Positions 1 to 9,977 of a DNA stretch of 64,000 nt are shown one piece after another. Made by a program: the position numbers and the translations under genes. Location: contig CBEVQY010000007.1 of NCBI GenBank assembly GCA_965552135.1, positions 15,081 to 79,080 on the forward strand. The letters are read 5' to 3'. This stretch comes from an uncultured bacterium. Lineage in GTDB: Bacteria > UBP14 > UBA6098 > B30-G16. Within the stretch, counting starts at the first letter, position 1; each line of letters opens with the position of its first letter. The notes beneath the pieces were generated by a model, which saw only the letters and a list, made by a program, of their open reading frames with translations, was not told the DNA's origin and ran no database searches.

Positions 1-231
1 CTCCTGCGGCGTCAGCGCACCAGCGGCGAGGGTGAATCGCCTGAGCGCACAAAGGAGCGCGTCCTCGGTCCTCCTGCGCAGACCGCGGATTTCGTCCACG
101 ATCTCCAAAAAGCTTCGCATAAGCTCGTCCTGCTTGTCCTTGAGGAGCTTGTGCCCACGCCGCGCAATGACGAGCCTGCGCCTGAGGGACATAAGGTTCA
201 TCCTGTTCGCGCTTACGGGAAGAAGCGCCAT
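1..231 (-). CDS. V/A-type ATP synthase subunit D, N-terminal part (runs off window)
   Basis: Manual translation MALLPVSANRMNLMSLRRRLVIARRGHKLLKDKQDELMRSF matches the subunit D N-terminal motif (RM.L..L..RL..A.RGH.LLKDK.DEL); not in the ORF track because it is truncated. Confidence 0.9.
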   Translation of the reverse strand, partial: MALLPVSANRMNLMSLRRRLVIARRGHKLLKDKQDELMRSFLEIVDEIRGLRRRTEDALLCALRRFTLAAGALTPQE

Positions 232-358
232 CGCACCCCCCCTCTCTGCCCCATCATTCTAAATCGTCCCAGCCTGGGACGCAAGCCAATTTTCAACTTG
301 ACGCTTGGGTAACGTTTTTTGAATTTATAGTAAAGGCGAAAAGCAGGGGGGTAGGACG

Positions 359-2473
359 GTGAGAAGAGTTTTTGCGCTCGTTTTGGCGTTTTCGCTGTGT
401 CTGGTCTTTGCCGATGTTCCCCATCTTATCTCCTACCAGGGGCGTTTGACGGACGGGTCCGGTCATCCCCTCACCGGGACCCACACCGTCACCTTTCGGC
501 TGTATAACGCACCCACGGGCGGCACCGCCCTCTGGACCGAGACACACACGGTGACGCTAAACAGCGAGGGTCTTTTCAGCGTGTTGTTGGGTCGCATCAC
601 GGCGTTTCCGCCGTCGCTCGATTTCTCCGAGTCGTATTGGCTTGGCATCTCCATTGACGGCGGGTCGGAGATCTGCAGGTACAGGCTCGGCGCAAGCCCC
701 TATGCCCTCAACATCGCCGACACGCTCATCCAGCCCGGGGGATACCTCCTTTCGGACGGCAGTTACAAGGCTGGTCTTGCCGTAAGTGGTCTTTCGGTGG
801 AAAGCGGCGAAGCCCTTTTCCCCACGCGCGATGCCGCCGCAGTTTATGCCTACTCGCCCTCTGCGCCTTTGGGCGCGGAGGTGGGGGTCTACGCCCGCTC
901 CGAGGCGTGGGAGGGCGTTATAGGCTACAGCGAGGGCGACGACGGCGTTCAGGGCGTCACCACAAGCGGCGGCTACGCTGGGGTTTCGGGCATAAACACA
1001 AGCTTGGGCGTTAGGGGATATTTGGCTTACGGTGGCTACGGTCTTTACACCGACGACAACGCCCACGTCGGCGACTACATCGACTTCAAGCTGTTGAGCC
1101 TGGCTCCCGCGGCGAGCGAGGGCAGACTGTACTACAACGGCAGCGACCACACCCTCTACCTCTACGACGGCAGCTCCTGGGTTGATCTTTCCGCTGGCGG
1201 CGGTGGTGCGACCCCGGGCGGGAGCGATGGTCAGATCCAGTACAACGACGGCGGCACCTTCGGCGGCGCAAGCGAGCTCTACTACGACGACGCCGACGGC
1301 AAGCTGGGGATAAACACGACAAACCCCTCCGCGAGGCTGCACATAGTCGACGATGTCACCTCCTGGAACGACGGCATAAAAATTCAGGACGTTGGCTACG
1401 ACGGTCTTCAGATCGACACGACGTACGACAACGGGATTGAGATCAACGATGCGGGCAACGACGGCGTGGAGATCAACGATGCCGGCGCGGCGGGTGTTAG
1501 GGTTGTGGAGTCGGGTTCATACGGCTTTTACGCTGGCTCCTGCGGCGACGTCGGATTTTACGCGGATAACCCATCGAACGCGGGCTTTGAGGTTTTTGCT
1601 GGCTCTGCCACCGGCTGCGGGCTGCGCATATGGGGCAGCGCAAACAAGCCCGACACAGGCGTTGTGATTCGGAACTTCAGTCAGTACGGTATATTCGTCG
1701 TTGGTGGCTCGGGCGCCTGCGGGGTTAAGGTTGTGACCGACACGCTCGTTGGCACGGGGCTTGCCATCACGTTCGACCCCTCGGGAAGCGGCGTCGCGGC
1801 AGATACCGGTCTTGTGGTGGACAGGGCGCGGTATATGGGCATCGCCGTCACAACCGATAGTGTATACCTGGCCGACGGCGTGAGGGTGTTTTTCGCCCGC
1901 GACGACGGAGTGCAGGTCGATACAGCCGCGTGGCACGGCGTGTACGTCAGAGATACACACTACGACGGCGTCCACGTCTACAACTCGGGCGACGACGGCG
2001 TGGACGTCGTCTCGCCGGGGGGAGATTGCTTCGTCTGCGACGGCACGCCCCACCTCTTCAGAGTGTCGGGAAGCTGCGAGGTCTACTCCCATTCCTACAA
2101 CCAATACATCGTCGATGACCGTGGCGTTGGCTATGCGGCGCCGATCTCTGTCACAACCCGGATGTGGCTCGAGCACATAGGCGAAGGCAAACTCGAGGGG
2201 GGCGTGTGCAGGGTGGACCTGCCGAGGGAGTTTCTGGAGAGCGTCACAATAGATTCCCAAAACCCCATGCAGGTGTTCGTCACGCCGTACGGCGATGCGG
2301 GAAACTTCTGGGTGGAGCGTGGGGATAGCTACTTCGTTCTGCACGCCGCCGCAGACGTCGAGTTCGCCTATCGGGTTTTGGCGAGGGTAAAGGGATTCGA
2401 GGGCGCCGGGATGGAGCCCGTCGACCTGAGGGAGCTTAGGGACAAGGAGGCGAGGAAGCCCGAGGAGCGCTGA
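359..2473 (+). CDS. Secreted fibre/adhesin-like protein: signal peptide, YQGRL N-terminal domain, beta-helix-like repeats, C-terminal chaperone-like domain
   Basis: Signal peptide; VPHLISYQGRLTD...FRLY...LWTETH...PYAL domain; GRLYYN...LYLYDGSSW motif; repeated DGIxI units; C-terminal GEGKLEGG...VFVTP domain. Confidence 0.75.
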   Translation: MRRVFALVLAFSLCLVFADVPHLISYQGRLTDGSGHPLTGTHTVTFRLYNAPTGGTALWTETHTVTLNSEGLFSVLLGRITAFPPSLDFSESYWLGISIDGGSEICRYRLGASPYALNIADTLIQPGGYLLSDGSYKAGLAVSGLSVESGEALFPTRDAAAVYAYSPSAPLGAEVGVYARSEAWEGVIGYSEGDDGVQGVTTSGGYAGVSGINTSLGVRGYLAYGGYGLYTDDNAHVGDYIDFKLLSLAPAASEGRLYYNGSDHTLYLYDGSSWVDLSAGGGGATPGGSDGQIQYNDGGTFGGASELYYDDADGKLGINTTNPSARLHIVDDVTSWNDGIKIQDVGYDGLQIDTTYDNGIEINDAGNDGVEINDAGAAGVRVVESGSYGFYAGSCGDVGFYADNPSNAGFEVFAGSATGCGLRIWGSANKPDTGVVIRNFSQYGIFVVGGSGACGVKVVTDTLVGTGLAITFDPSGSGVAADTGLVVDRARYMGIAVTTDSVYLADGVRVFFARDDGVQVDTAAWHGVYVRDTHYDGVHVYNSGDDGVDVVSPGGDCFVCDGTPHLFRVSGSCEVYSHSYNQYIVDDRGVGYAAPISVTTRMWLEHIGEGKLEGGVCRVDLPREFLESVTIDSQNPMQVFVTPYGDAGNFWVERGDSYFVLHAAADVEFAYRVLARVKGFEGAGMEPVDLRELRDKEARKPEER

Positions 2474-2477
2474 GGCT

Positions 2478-2753
2478 TCAGCGCTCCCTGCCCTCATCTA
2501 TGGCGCCGAAGAGGACGTTTACCGAAGGGGGTCTTACCGTCGGCGTCTTTACATCCTCGACCCTTACGCCGAGGTACCTCGCAAGCTCCCTGCGCACAAG
2601 CGGAATGCACGTGCGACCCTGACACGGTCCCATCCCAACGCGCAGAAACCTCTTTAGCTCCTCGAAGTCGGTGTATCCGTCCTCTATTGCGGCGCGGATC
2701 TCGGCGAGGGTCAGATCCTCGCAGCGGCAGATTATGACTTCATCCTCCTTCAT
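2478..2753 (-). CDS. BFD-like (2Fe-2S)-binding protein
   Basis: IICRCEDLT...GMGPCQGRTC motif; start placed at ATG 2753. Confidence 0.85.
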   Translation of the reverse strand: MKEDEVIICRCEDLTLAEIRAAIEDGYTDFEELKRFLRVGMGPCQGRTCIPLVRRELARYLGVRVEDVKTPTVRPPSVNVLFGAIDEGRER

Positions 2754-3789
2754 CGCTGCCTCCCTGCTTTGGGACGAACCCGATCTCCTCTGCGAACTCG
2801 AACTGCCTTCGCCACGGCGCCTGCGGGTGCGCATCGTCGAAGGGCTTTGAGCCCACAAGCCTTATCGATTCGATGTCGAGCTCGACGGGGTGATACCCGC
2901 CTAAAAAGCCAACGTCTTCGGCTATCGGTTTGTTTTCGCCGGGCAGGCAGTCGCAGTCGGAGTATATCTTGACGAGGGCGTTTACGAGGACCGTTCTCCC
3001 CGCAAGCCTCCTCCACAGCGCGGCGGCGGTCTCGACGAGCCTCTCCTGGAAGATGCGCCTGTCCGTTTGCCAGAAAACCCGAAGCGCACCCTGAGGACAC
3101 AGGGCTATGCACTGAGCGCAGCCTATGCATGCCGAAAGGTCGTAGCGGGGGTATCCGTCGCCTCCCATTTGTGCTGCGCCCGTTGGGCAGACCTCGATGC
3201 ATGTTCCGCAGCGGCTGCACCTTTCGCGGTCAAGCTCGGGATGTGCGTCGGCGTGCATGCGCTGCTTGTGCGCCCTCGAGGAAAAACCCATCGAAATGTT
3301 CTTTATAGCTCCGCCAAAGCCCGCGGCAAGATGACCCTTGAAGTGGGAGAATATCACGAACCCATCGAGTTCGTCGATTATCGCGGCTGCCTCGACCTTC
3401 TCGAAGTGCTTTATCCCGCAGGGGAGCTCGGTTGTGTTTCGTCCGTCAGGTCCGTCGGCGACGACGACGGGGCATCCGAGGTTCTGGGGCGAGTATCCGT
3501 GCTCGTATGCGACCTCAAGGGCGCCCTTGCTGCTTCTCCGCGCGCCGCGGTAGAGGACGGTCGTGTCGAAGACAACAGGCTCGCAGCCCAATCCCCTCAC
3601 CCAGTCGACCACCTCGCGCGCAAGCTCCCACGGAAGGTACGATATGTTCCCCCGCTCGCCCCAGTGGAGCTTTATCCCGACCTTTGCGCTTGGGGCGAAT
3701 GGCGCCCGAAGCCCGCTCAGAAGCTCGCGCAGCGCTCCCCTCTGAACATCAAGCGAACCCCCAGCCCCCTCAAAGACAACATCACCCAT
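2740..3789 (-). CDS. DUF362 domain protein with 2x[4Fe-4S] ferredoxin domain
   Basis: KVGIKLHWGE, SHFKGH...GGAIKNI and two CxxCxxCxxxCP motifs; start trimmed to avoid overlap with sucC. Confidence 0.85.
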   Translation of the reverse strand: MGDVVFEGAGGSLDVQRGALRELLSGLRAPFAPSAKVGIKLHWGERGNISYLPWELAREVVDWVRGLGCEPVVFDTTVLYRGARRSSKGALEVAYEHGYSPQNLGCPVVVADGPDGRNTTELPCGIKHFEKVEAAAIIDELDGFVIFSHFKGHLAAGFGGAIKNISMGFSSRAHKQRMHADAHPELDRERCSRCGTCIEVCPTGAAQMGGDGYPRYDLSACIGCAQCIALCPQGALRVFWQTDRRIFQERLVETAAALWRRLAGRTVLVNALVKIYSDCDCLPGENKPIAEDVGFLGGYHPVELDIESIRLVGSKPFDDAHPQAPWRRQFEFAEEIGFVPKQGGSDEGG

Positions 3790-3903
3790 AGCAGTTGAAA
3801 ATACCTGCATGCCCTTTGGCGGGCAAGACAAAACCATTTCCCTTGACCGAGACGCCAGGCGCATTATTTTTGAGAAAGGCAGGACCAGACGAGGTGAGAG
3901 CGT

Positions 3904-5037
3904 ATGAAGCTGCAGGAGTATCAGGCGAAGGAGCTTTTGAGCCGTTATGATGACGCCGTTCAGCTCGGCAGGGTTGCCACAACGCCCGATGAGGCGGAGG
4001 CATACGCGAGGGAGATCGGCTGTCCCGTTGTGGTTAAGGCGCAGGTTTTGGTTGGCGGTCGTGGCAAAGCCGGAGGGATAAAGCTTGCCAAAACCCCCCA
4101 GGAGGCGCGCCAGAGGGCAGAAGAGATCCTCGGGATGGAGATCAAAGGGCTTGTGGTGAAGAAGGTTTTGGTGGTGAAGGCGGTCGACATAGAGAGCGAA
4201 GCCTATATGGGTCTTATCCTCGACAGGCGCTCGAAGCGGGTGGTGATGATGGTATCTCCCGAGGGCGGAGTCGACATCGAGGAGGTCGCCAAAAGGACCC
4301 CCGAAAAGATCTTCAAAGCCTACATCGACCCGTTCATAGGTCTTCGGGACTACACGGCGCGCTATCTTGTGGAGCGCCTTTACGATGACCCCGAGCTTGT
4401 GAAGAAGGGCATCCAGAAGGCGAAAAACCTCTATCGCGCCTTCGTCGAGCTTGGCGCACAGCTTGTGGAGATAAACCCGCTTGTGATAACGAAGCAGGGG
4501 GAGATGGTTTTCGTCGACGCCAAGATAATAATCGACGACAACGAGTTTGTGCGGCATCCGGAGTACGAGAGCTGGCGCGATCCCGACGAGTACTCCCGCG
4601 AGGAGCTCGAGGCGAAGGAGGCGGGTCTTTCGTTCGTGAAGCTTACGGGCAACATAGGCTGTGTCGTCAACGGGGCTGGGCTTGCCATGGCGACGATGGA
4701 CCTCATAAAGCACTACGGCGGCGAGCCAGCAAACTTCCTCGACGTGGGCGGCTCCTCCAACCCGCAGAAGGTTGTGAAGGCTTTGGACATCATAACCCGC
4801 GACCCCAACGTGAAGGTCATCATGTTCAACATCTTCGGCGGGATAACGAGGTGCAACGACATCGCGGACGGTCTTGTGCAGGCTTTGGAGCAGTTTAAGC
4901 CGAAGGTCCCCATAATTGCGCGACTGACAGGAACCAACGAGGAGGAGGGAAGGAGGATCCTCGCCGAGGCGAACATTCCCGTCTTCTCGTCCATGGATGA
5001 GGTCGTAAAGGAGGCCGTTAGGCTTGGGTCGCAGTAA
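3904..5037 (+). CDS. sucC: ADP-forming succinyl-CoA ligase subunit beta
   Basis: MKLQEYQAKELL, KAQVLVGGRGKAGG, EINPL, NGAGLAMATMD, NIFGGITRC. Confidence 0.95.
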   Translation: MKLQEYQAKELLSRYDDAVQLGRVATTPDEAEAYAREIGCPVVVKAQVLVGGRGKAGGIKLAKTPQEARQRAEEILGMEIKGLVVKKVLVVKAVDIESEAYMGLILDRRSKRVVMMVSPEGGVDIEEVAKRTPEKIFKAYIDPFIGLRDYTARYLVERLYDDPELVKKGIQKAKNLYRAFVELGAQLVEINPLVITKQGEMVFVDAKIIIDDNEFVRHPEYESWRDPDEYSREELEAKEAGLSFVKLTGNIGCVVNGAGLAMATMDLIKHYGGEPANFLDVGGSSNPQKVVKALDIITRDPNVKVIMFNIFGGITRCNDIADGLVQALEQFKPKVPIIARLTGTNEEEGRRILAEANIPVFSSMDEVVKEAVRLGSQ

Positions 5038-5052
5038 ACCCGAAGGTTCAAC

Positions 5053-5484
5053 ATGCCCGAGGACGTAAGGCGAGAGAAGTTCGAGCGCCTAAAACTTCTT
5101 CTTTCCGAAACGGGTCTCCATTTCTTCGCCGACTCCGACAAGCTTATATGTCTTCTTCGCTTCGGCGATCTCGACAACACCGACTTCGACACGATCTTCG
5201 TCACCCTTCAGGGCGGCGACAGCGACATCATCGTGGCAACGCTGACCATCCTCGACGGCGAAAAGGGCTACGTCTACACCCCCGAGGTCTGGAAGGAGTG
5301 CATGCGCTTCAACAAGCATGTGGGGCTTTTGAAGGCGCAGTACGACGAGCGCTACAACGATATCGACGTAAGCTACGAGACCTGGCTTGCCACTCTGCCC
5401 GAAAACCTCGCTTTGGGGATAAGGATGCTTGCCGCCGAGGGGAACCAGCTCGCCAAAAGGCTCAAGGCGCTCCTTGCGAAGTAG
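5053..5484 (+). CDS. Hypothetical protein, possibly YbjN/T3SS-chaperone fold
   Basis: 143 aa ORF following sucC with host-like codon use; fold is a guess from size and pattern. Confidence 0.55.
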   Translation: MPEDVRREKFERLKLLLSETGLHFFADSDKLICLLRFGDLDNTDFDTIFVTLQGGDSDIIVATLTILDGEKGYVYTPEVWKECMRFNKHVGLLKAQYDERYNDIDVSYETWLATLPENLALGIRMLAAEGNQLAKRLKALLAK

Positions 5485-5614
5485 GGGTTTGTTTGGGGCG
5501 TTGGTGCGACCGAAGGGGTTTGGTCGGTCGGGGCGCTTTGGTCCGGCGGTTGACCGCGGTTCGTGTGGGGGCGGAGCTTGACGCAGTTTGCGCAGTCGAA
5601 GGACCCCCGGGTGG

Positions 5615-7738
5615 TTAAAGGGGTTCGATCTTGAGCATTATCTCCGTCATGAATTTTTCGCCGCGCCGCAGGTTGAACCTGAAGAGGTGCACGACGGCAG
5701 TCTGCTGGTAGATCCTCTCGAAGCCCGCCTCGGAGTTGGATACGGTCTCCACGGGGAAGATCCAAAGCCCGTCGAAGTGCCCCCGGCAGATGAGCCTGAA
5801 GCCCCTGTCCTCGTCGACGATCTCGTAGCCGTCGACGTTGGCGAAGGTCGACCTCTCGCCCGGGCGGACGCGGTTTAGCGTCTCGTGCGGAAGGGCAAAG
5901 TACCTTTTGGGATCATCCCGCGAAAGGAGGGCGTAGTTCCCCTCGACGGCGAAGAGAAACTCGTACCACTCGCTTTGGTTTTCGATCTCGTATCGAAGGG
6001 TTATGTGGCTTGCGGGCTTTGTGAGCGCCACAAGCTTTCGCACGACGAGGGGAAAACGTCGTCCCTGGTGCCACAGCGCTCCCTTTCGCTCCATAAGGAC
6101 CTCAAGCTCCCCGCGCTTCCGGCGGGTGCGCAAAACCTCATAGGGCTGGTTCACGAAGTCGCCAAGCTCCTCGTACTCCACTCGCTCGAAGTCGTCGGCG
6201 GTGGCGTAGGTGAGGAGGAAGTGGTCCAGTGCGAAGAGCCTGCTGTGCCAGTCGTAGTGCAGAAGCCTCTCCAGACCGCTCTCCTTTGCGGCGACGATCT
6301 CGTGGATCGACTTGTGCTCGTCGCCCACGTCCCCCTGCTGAGCCTCCCAGATGAGTCGGTGATATCCCTCTCTGTGGCGCGCCAGGGTGTTTGTGATGTT
6401 CGTCTTCCGCGGCAGGAACGATATCTCTTGAATTGCTCCGCCGCGGTGCGGGGCGATCCAGAGGGCGGTTTCGCCGTCGGAGAGTCGGATTTCCTCGCGA
6501 CCGTCGGCGTCGACGTCGCATGAGATGAACGGGCGCAGGGGCGCACGCCGCTCAATCGCACCCTCGGCAGAGAGGATGTTCCTCCAAACCCCTTCGCGCA
6601 GGTGGGGCAGATAGAGCCCGCCGAAGACGCCGTGCCAGTAGGCGCAGTTGCACTGCGACCGAAGAAGCGACCGCTCGGCGTCGGGGAAGTCGTCGCCGAG
6701 CCTGCCACGCCTTTGCCGAAGCCTCTCTGAAACCCAAAGCATCCTCTTGTGCATCCAGTTCGCCTCGGGGTATTTCGCCAGAAAGTTCCGCCAAAACCCG
6801 CCCTTTACGAAGGGCTTTAGGTCCTCAAGCTCACCCGACTCCCGCAGCTTTTTCACCCACCTGTGGAACTTGTAAGCCATCTCGGGCGGCAGGGTCCATT
6901 CGCTCATCTCGAAGTATGACCCCGTCGGCATGTAGACCCGCCCCGCCGGCGGAAGCTCCTCCAGCGCATCGGCGAAGGGGATGACCCTAAGCCAGTCGCC
7001 GTTCGCCTCAAGCGCAGAGAGGAACTTCTCCATCCATCCCTTCTGCCACACCCACTTTTGCGTTCCCGGCCAAAGCCCGAACTTCTCGCCGTCGTCGGCG
7101 AAGACGACAAGCCTTTCGCCGCCCTGCGTGGCGACGGAGCGAAGGTATTCGATTGTCCGCTCCACCTCGGCGAAGGGCATCGTGTAGCGCAAAACCTCGC
7201 TTATCGGGAATATCGCCAAAGGCTTGCCGCAGTCCTCGGTGATGAAGTATCCAAACAGCCTTTCCTGCTCAACCCCAACGGCTTTGAGGTGATAGTCGTC
7301 GACGGCGAGGAACTTTACGCCGCAGTCGGCAAGGAGGGAGGGGAGATGCGGCTCCCACACGCGCTCGGTAAGCCAGATCCCCTCGGGCAGAACGCCGAAG
7401 CGGCTGTAGAGGTAGTCGGACATCATCTCAAGCTGTCTTTTCGCGTCGTGCGGAGGTATCGCCGTAAGGATGGGCTCGTAGAAACCGCCGCCCAAAAGCT
7501 CGCACTGCCCCCGCGATACCATCTCGCCCACAAGCTCCAGAAGCTTGCTGTGCTCCGACTCGATGTATTCCCACACAGGTCCGCTTACGTGCAGCGCAAA
7601 TGGTATGGATGGATGCCTGTGCAAAGCCAAGATTAGCGGCTTGTACGAGACCTCCGTCGCGTGCCTGAAGACCGCCTCGAAGTTCCCCACGGGCTGGTGG
7701 ATGTGAAAGCCCAGGGCAAAGTTCACCTTCCCTGCCAT
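5615..7738 (-). CDS. GH57 4-alpha-glucanotransferase/alpha-amylase with DUF1926-type C-terminus
   Basis: FHIHQPVGN, GGGFYEPIL, GIWLTERVWEP, DDGEKFG, QCNCAYWHGVFGGLYLPHLR. Confidence 0.92.
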   Translation of the reverse strand: MAGKVNFALGFHIHQPVGNFEAVFRHATEVSYKPLILALHRHPSIPFALHVSGPVWEYIESEHSKLLELVGEMVSRGQCELLGGGFYEPILTAIPPHDAKRQLEMMSDYLYSRFGVLPEGIWLTERVWEPHLPSLLADCGVKFLAVDDYHLKAVGVEQERLFGYFITEDCGKPLAIFPISEVLRYTMPFAEVERTIEYLRSVATQGGERLVVFADDGEKFGLWPGTQKWVWQKGWMEKFLSALEANGDWLRVIPFADALEELPPAGRVYMPTGSYFEMSEWTLPPEMAYKFHRWVKKLRESGELEDLKPFVKGGFWRNFLAKYPEANWMHKRMLWVSERLRQRRGRLGDDFPDAERSLLRSQCNCAYWHGVFGGLYLPHLREGVWRNILSAEGAIERRAPLRPFISCDVDADGREEIRLSDGETALWIAPHRGGAIQEISFLPRKTNITNTLARHREGYHRLIWEAQQGDVGDEHKSIHEIVAAKESGLERLLHYDWHSRLFALDHFLLTYATADDFERVEYEELGDFVNQPYEVLRTRRKRGELEVLMERKGALWHQGRRFPLVVRKLVALTKPASHITLRYEIENQSEWYEFLFAVEGNYALLSRDDPKRYFALPHETLNRVRPGERSTFANVDGYEIVDEDRGFRLICRGHFDGLWIFPVETVSNSEAGFERIYQQTAVVHLFRFNLRRGEKFMTEIMLKIEPL

Positions 7739-7882
7739 CACTTTCCCCCTTAGGCGCCTGCTGTGAAATAAACCCGTCGCCTTTGGGCTTTGCAAGGGAT
7801 ATTTTGCCCCACAACTTTTCCTCTTGACGCAGAAAGCATAGTTTAATTAAAATAGTTGGCGAAATCTGAAGGAGGGGGCGTT

Positions 7883-8629
7883 TTGCGAGTACTGGGCGTT
7901 ATACCTGCGCGTTATGCTTCGACGAGGTTTCCCGGCAAGATGCTTGCGCCCATTTTGGGCAAGCCGCTTATCCTTTGGACGTACGATGCCGTTTCGCGGG
8001 CGCGGGTTTTGGACCACCTCATAGTCGCCACCGACGACGAGCGCATAGCTGACCTTGTCGAGCGCCACGGCGGCGACGTTATGATGACGTCGCCTTCGTG
8101 CAGGAACGGCACCGAGAGGGTCGCCGAGGTAGCCAAAAAGCTCCACCTCTACGACGTGATAGTCAACGTTCAGGGCGATGAGCCGCTCGTTGAGCCCGAG
8201 GTTGTGGGTGCTGTTGTCGAGGACCTCATCTCGCACCCCCAGGCTTCCCTCTCGACCGTCGTTGCGCCCGTCGCATCGGTTCGGGAATGGCGCAGCAGCA
8301 ACGTCGTCAAGGTCGTCACCGACAAGGACGGGTTCGCGCTCTATTTTTCCAGGTCGCCCATCCCGCACCGCCGAAACGGGAGCATAAAGCCCAAAAAGCA
8401 TGTTGGCATCTACGCCTACAGGTGGGAGGATCTCCTCAGGCTTTCGCGCCTGGAGATGACGCCGCTTGAGCGCGAGGAGAGCCTTGAGCAGCTGCGCGCC
8501 CTCGAGCACGGTATGAAGATCCACTGCGTCGAGGTCCCGCAGGCGGCGGGCTTTGTGGGCGTCGACACCCCCGAGGACATAAGGCGCGTTGAGCGGGCGC
8601 TCAAAAAGAGCCTGAAGTCGAGGAAGTGA
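7883..8629 (+). CDS. kdsB: 3-deoxy-manno-octulosonate cytidylyltransferase
   Basis: IPARYASTRFPGK, NVQGDEP, ALYFSRSPIP, LEQLRALE; TTG start after GGAGG. Confidence 0.95.
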   Translation: MRVLGVIPARYASTRFPGKMLAPILGKPLILWTYDAVSRARVLDHLIVATDDERIADLVERHGGDVMMTSPSCRNGTERVAEVAKKLHLYDVIVNVQGDEPLVEPEVVGAVVEDLISHPQASLSTVVAPVASVREWRSSNVVKVVTDKDGFALYFSRSPIPHRRNGSIKPKKHVGIYAYRWEDLLRLSRLEMTPLEREESLEQLRALEHGMKIHCVEVPQAAGFVGVDTPEDIRRVERALKKSLKSRK

Positions 8630-8646
8630 TTGCGAGGGGGTGATAC

Positions 8647-8853
8647 TTGAGCAAGGTCCTGCGTCTGGGCGAAATCCTGGTGAGGGAGGGGTTCTGCACC
8701 TGGGAGGACGTTAAGGCTGCGCTTGCGGCGCAGGCAAAAGGCGATAGACGAAGGCTGGGGGAGATACTCCTTTCGATGGGCAAAATCACCGAGGAGCAGC
8801 TCGAGAAGGCTTTGGCGATTCAGTGGATGAGCGCAAAGCGCCCGGGCTTTTAA
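8647..8853 (+). CDS. Standalone MshEN-type c-di-GMP-binding protein
   Basis: Tandem RLGEILVREG...ALAAQ / RLGEILLSMG...ALAIQ motifs fill the 68 aa protein. Confidence 0.8.
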   Translation: MSKVLRLGEILVREGFCTWEDVKAALAAQAKGDRRRLGEILLSMGKITEEQLEKALAIQWMSAKRPGF

Positions 8854-8900
8854 CACACCCCTCGCTTGCCAACAGCTCCGGCTGCGCTTACATTCAACCC

Positions 8901-9974
8901 GTGAAGCTCCTCGACAGGTACATAACCTCCCGCTTTTGGCGCTTCTTCGCCGTTGCGGTAGCTGCGTTCGTCGTCGTTTTTTTGGTGGTCGATATCGTCG
9001 AAAACCTCGACCACTACATCGACAAAAAGGCGCGCGCTGTCGATGTCGTGATCTATTACCTCTATTACCTGCCCTACATAATCGTTCTCGTCACCCCAGT
9101 TGGGACACTTCTTGCCGCAAGCTTTTTGGCAGGATACTTGGTCAAGCACAGGGAGATCGTTGCGCTCAAGTCGGCTGGGATACCTTCGCTTCGCGTGGCG
9201 GCAACGCTCATCCTGTGGGGTGCGGCGATAAGCGTTGGCGTTTTCTTCTGCGGCGAGGTTGTCATCCCGCGCACGAACACAGCCAAGGACGAGCTTAGGC
9301 AGTCGAGGATCGACAAGAGACGCCGCGGCAGAAGGCGCTTCATAAACGAGCTTTTCTACATCGCCCAGGACGGGGCGGTGTACTACTTCCGCATGTTCGA
9401 CACCAAGAAGGGCGTTGGTCGCGACGTCGTCATCCACAGGTTTTCGGACGGGCGCCTGGTGGAGAGGACCGACGCGAGGCTTATGACCTGGCAGGGGACG
9501 TTCTGGAGGCTTTGTGACGTTGCTGTGCGCCGCTTCACCGAGGGGGGCGAAACGCTTGAGCGCTACAGGGAGCTTGACCTTCGGATTCCCGACACCCCGC
9601 AGGACTTTGCGCGCAAAGCGCCAAAACCCGAGGAGATGAGCTTTTGGGAGCTTCGGCGATTCATCCAGAAGGTTCGGCGCAGCGGAATCGAGCCCAAAAG
9701 GGAGCAGACCGACCTGTGGATGAAGCTCGCATACCCCCTCGTCAACCTCATCGTGCTTATGCTTGGCTTCCCGCTTTCGCTCAGGTCAAGCCGCGGAAGC
9801 TACATCTACGGCTTTGGTCAGAGCTTTTTCGTTGCGTTTATCTATCTTGGTGCTCTTCGCACCGGGCAGGCTCTTGGTTACAACGGCACCCTGCCGCCGG
9901 CGCTTGCGGCGTTCGCGGGCGACATAGTGTTTTTTGCCTTGGGGGTGCTTGTGCTCTGGCTCTACAGGGATTGA
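8901..9974 (+). CDS. lptG: LPS export ABC transporter permease, LptF/LptG family
   Basis: LLDRYI N-terminus, EIVALKSAGI motif, 3+3 TM layout around a periplasmic domain. Confidence 0.85.
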   Translation: MKLLDRYITSRFWRFFAVAVAAFVVVFLVVDIVENLDHYIDKKARAVDVVIYYLYYLPYIIVLVTPVGTLLAASFLAGYLVKHREIVALKSAGIPSLRVAATLILWGAAISVGVFFCGEVVIPRTNTAKDELRQSRIDKRRRGRRRFINELFYIAQDGAVYYFRMFDTKKGVGRDVVIHRFSDGRLVERTDARLMTWQGTFWRLCDVAVRRFTEGGETLERYRELDLRIPDTPQDFARKAPKPEEMSFWELRRFIQKVRRSGIEPKREQTDLWMKLAYPLVNLIVLMLGFPLSLRSSRGSYIYGFGQSFFVAFIYLGALRTGQALGYNGTLPPALAAFAGDIVFFALGVLVLWLYRD

Positions 9975-9977
9975 GCG

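Noticed and set aside
3790..4713. N-terminal extension of the DUF362 ORF in the ORF track
   Set aside because: Overlaps sucC antisense; homology starts near 3789
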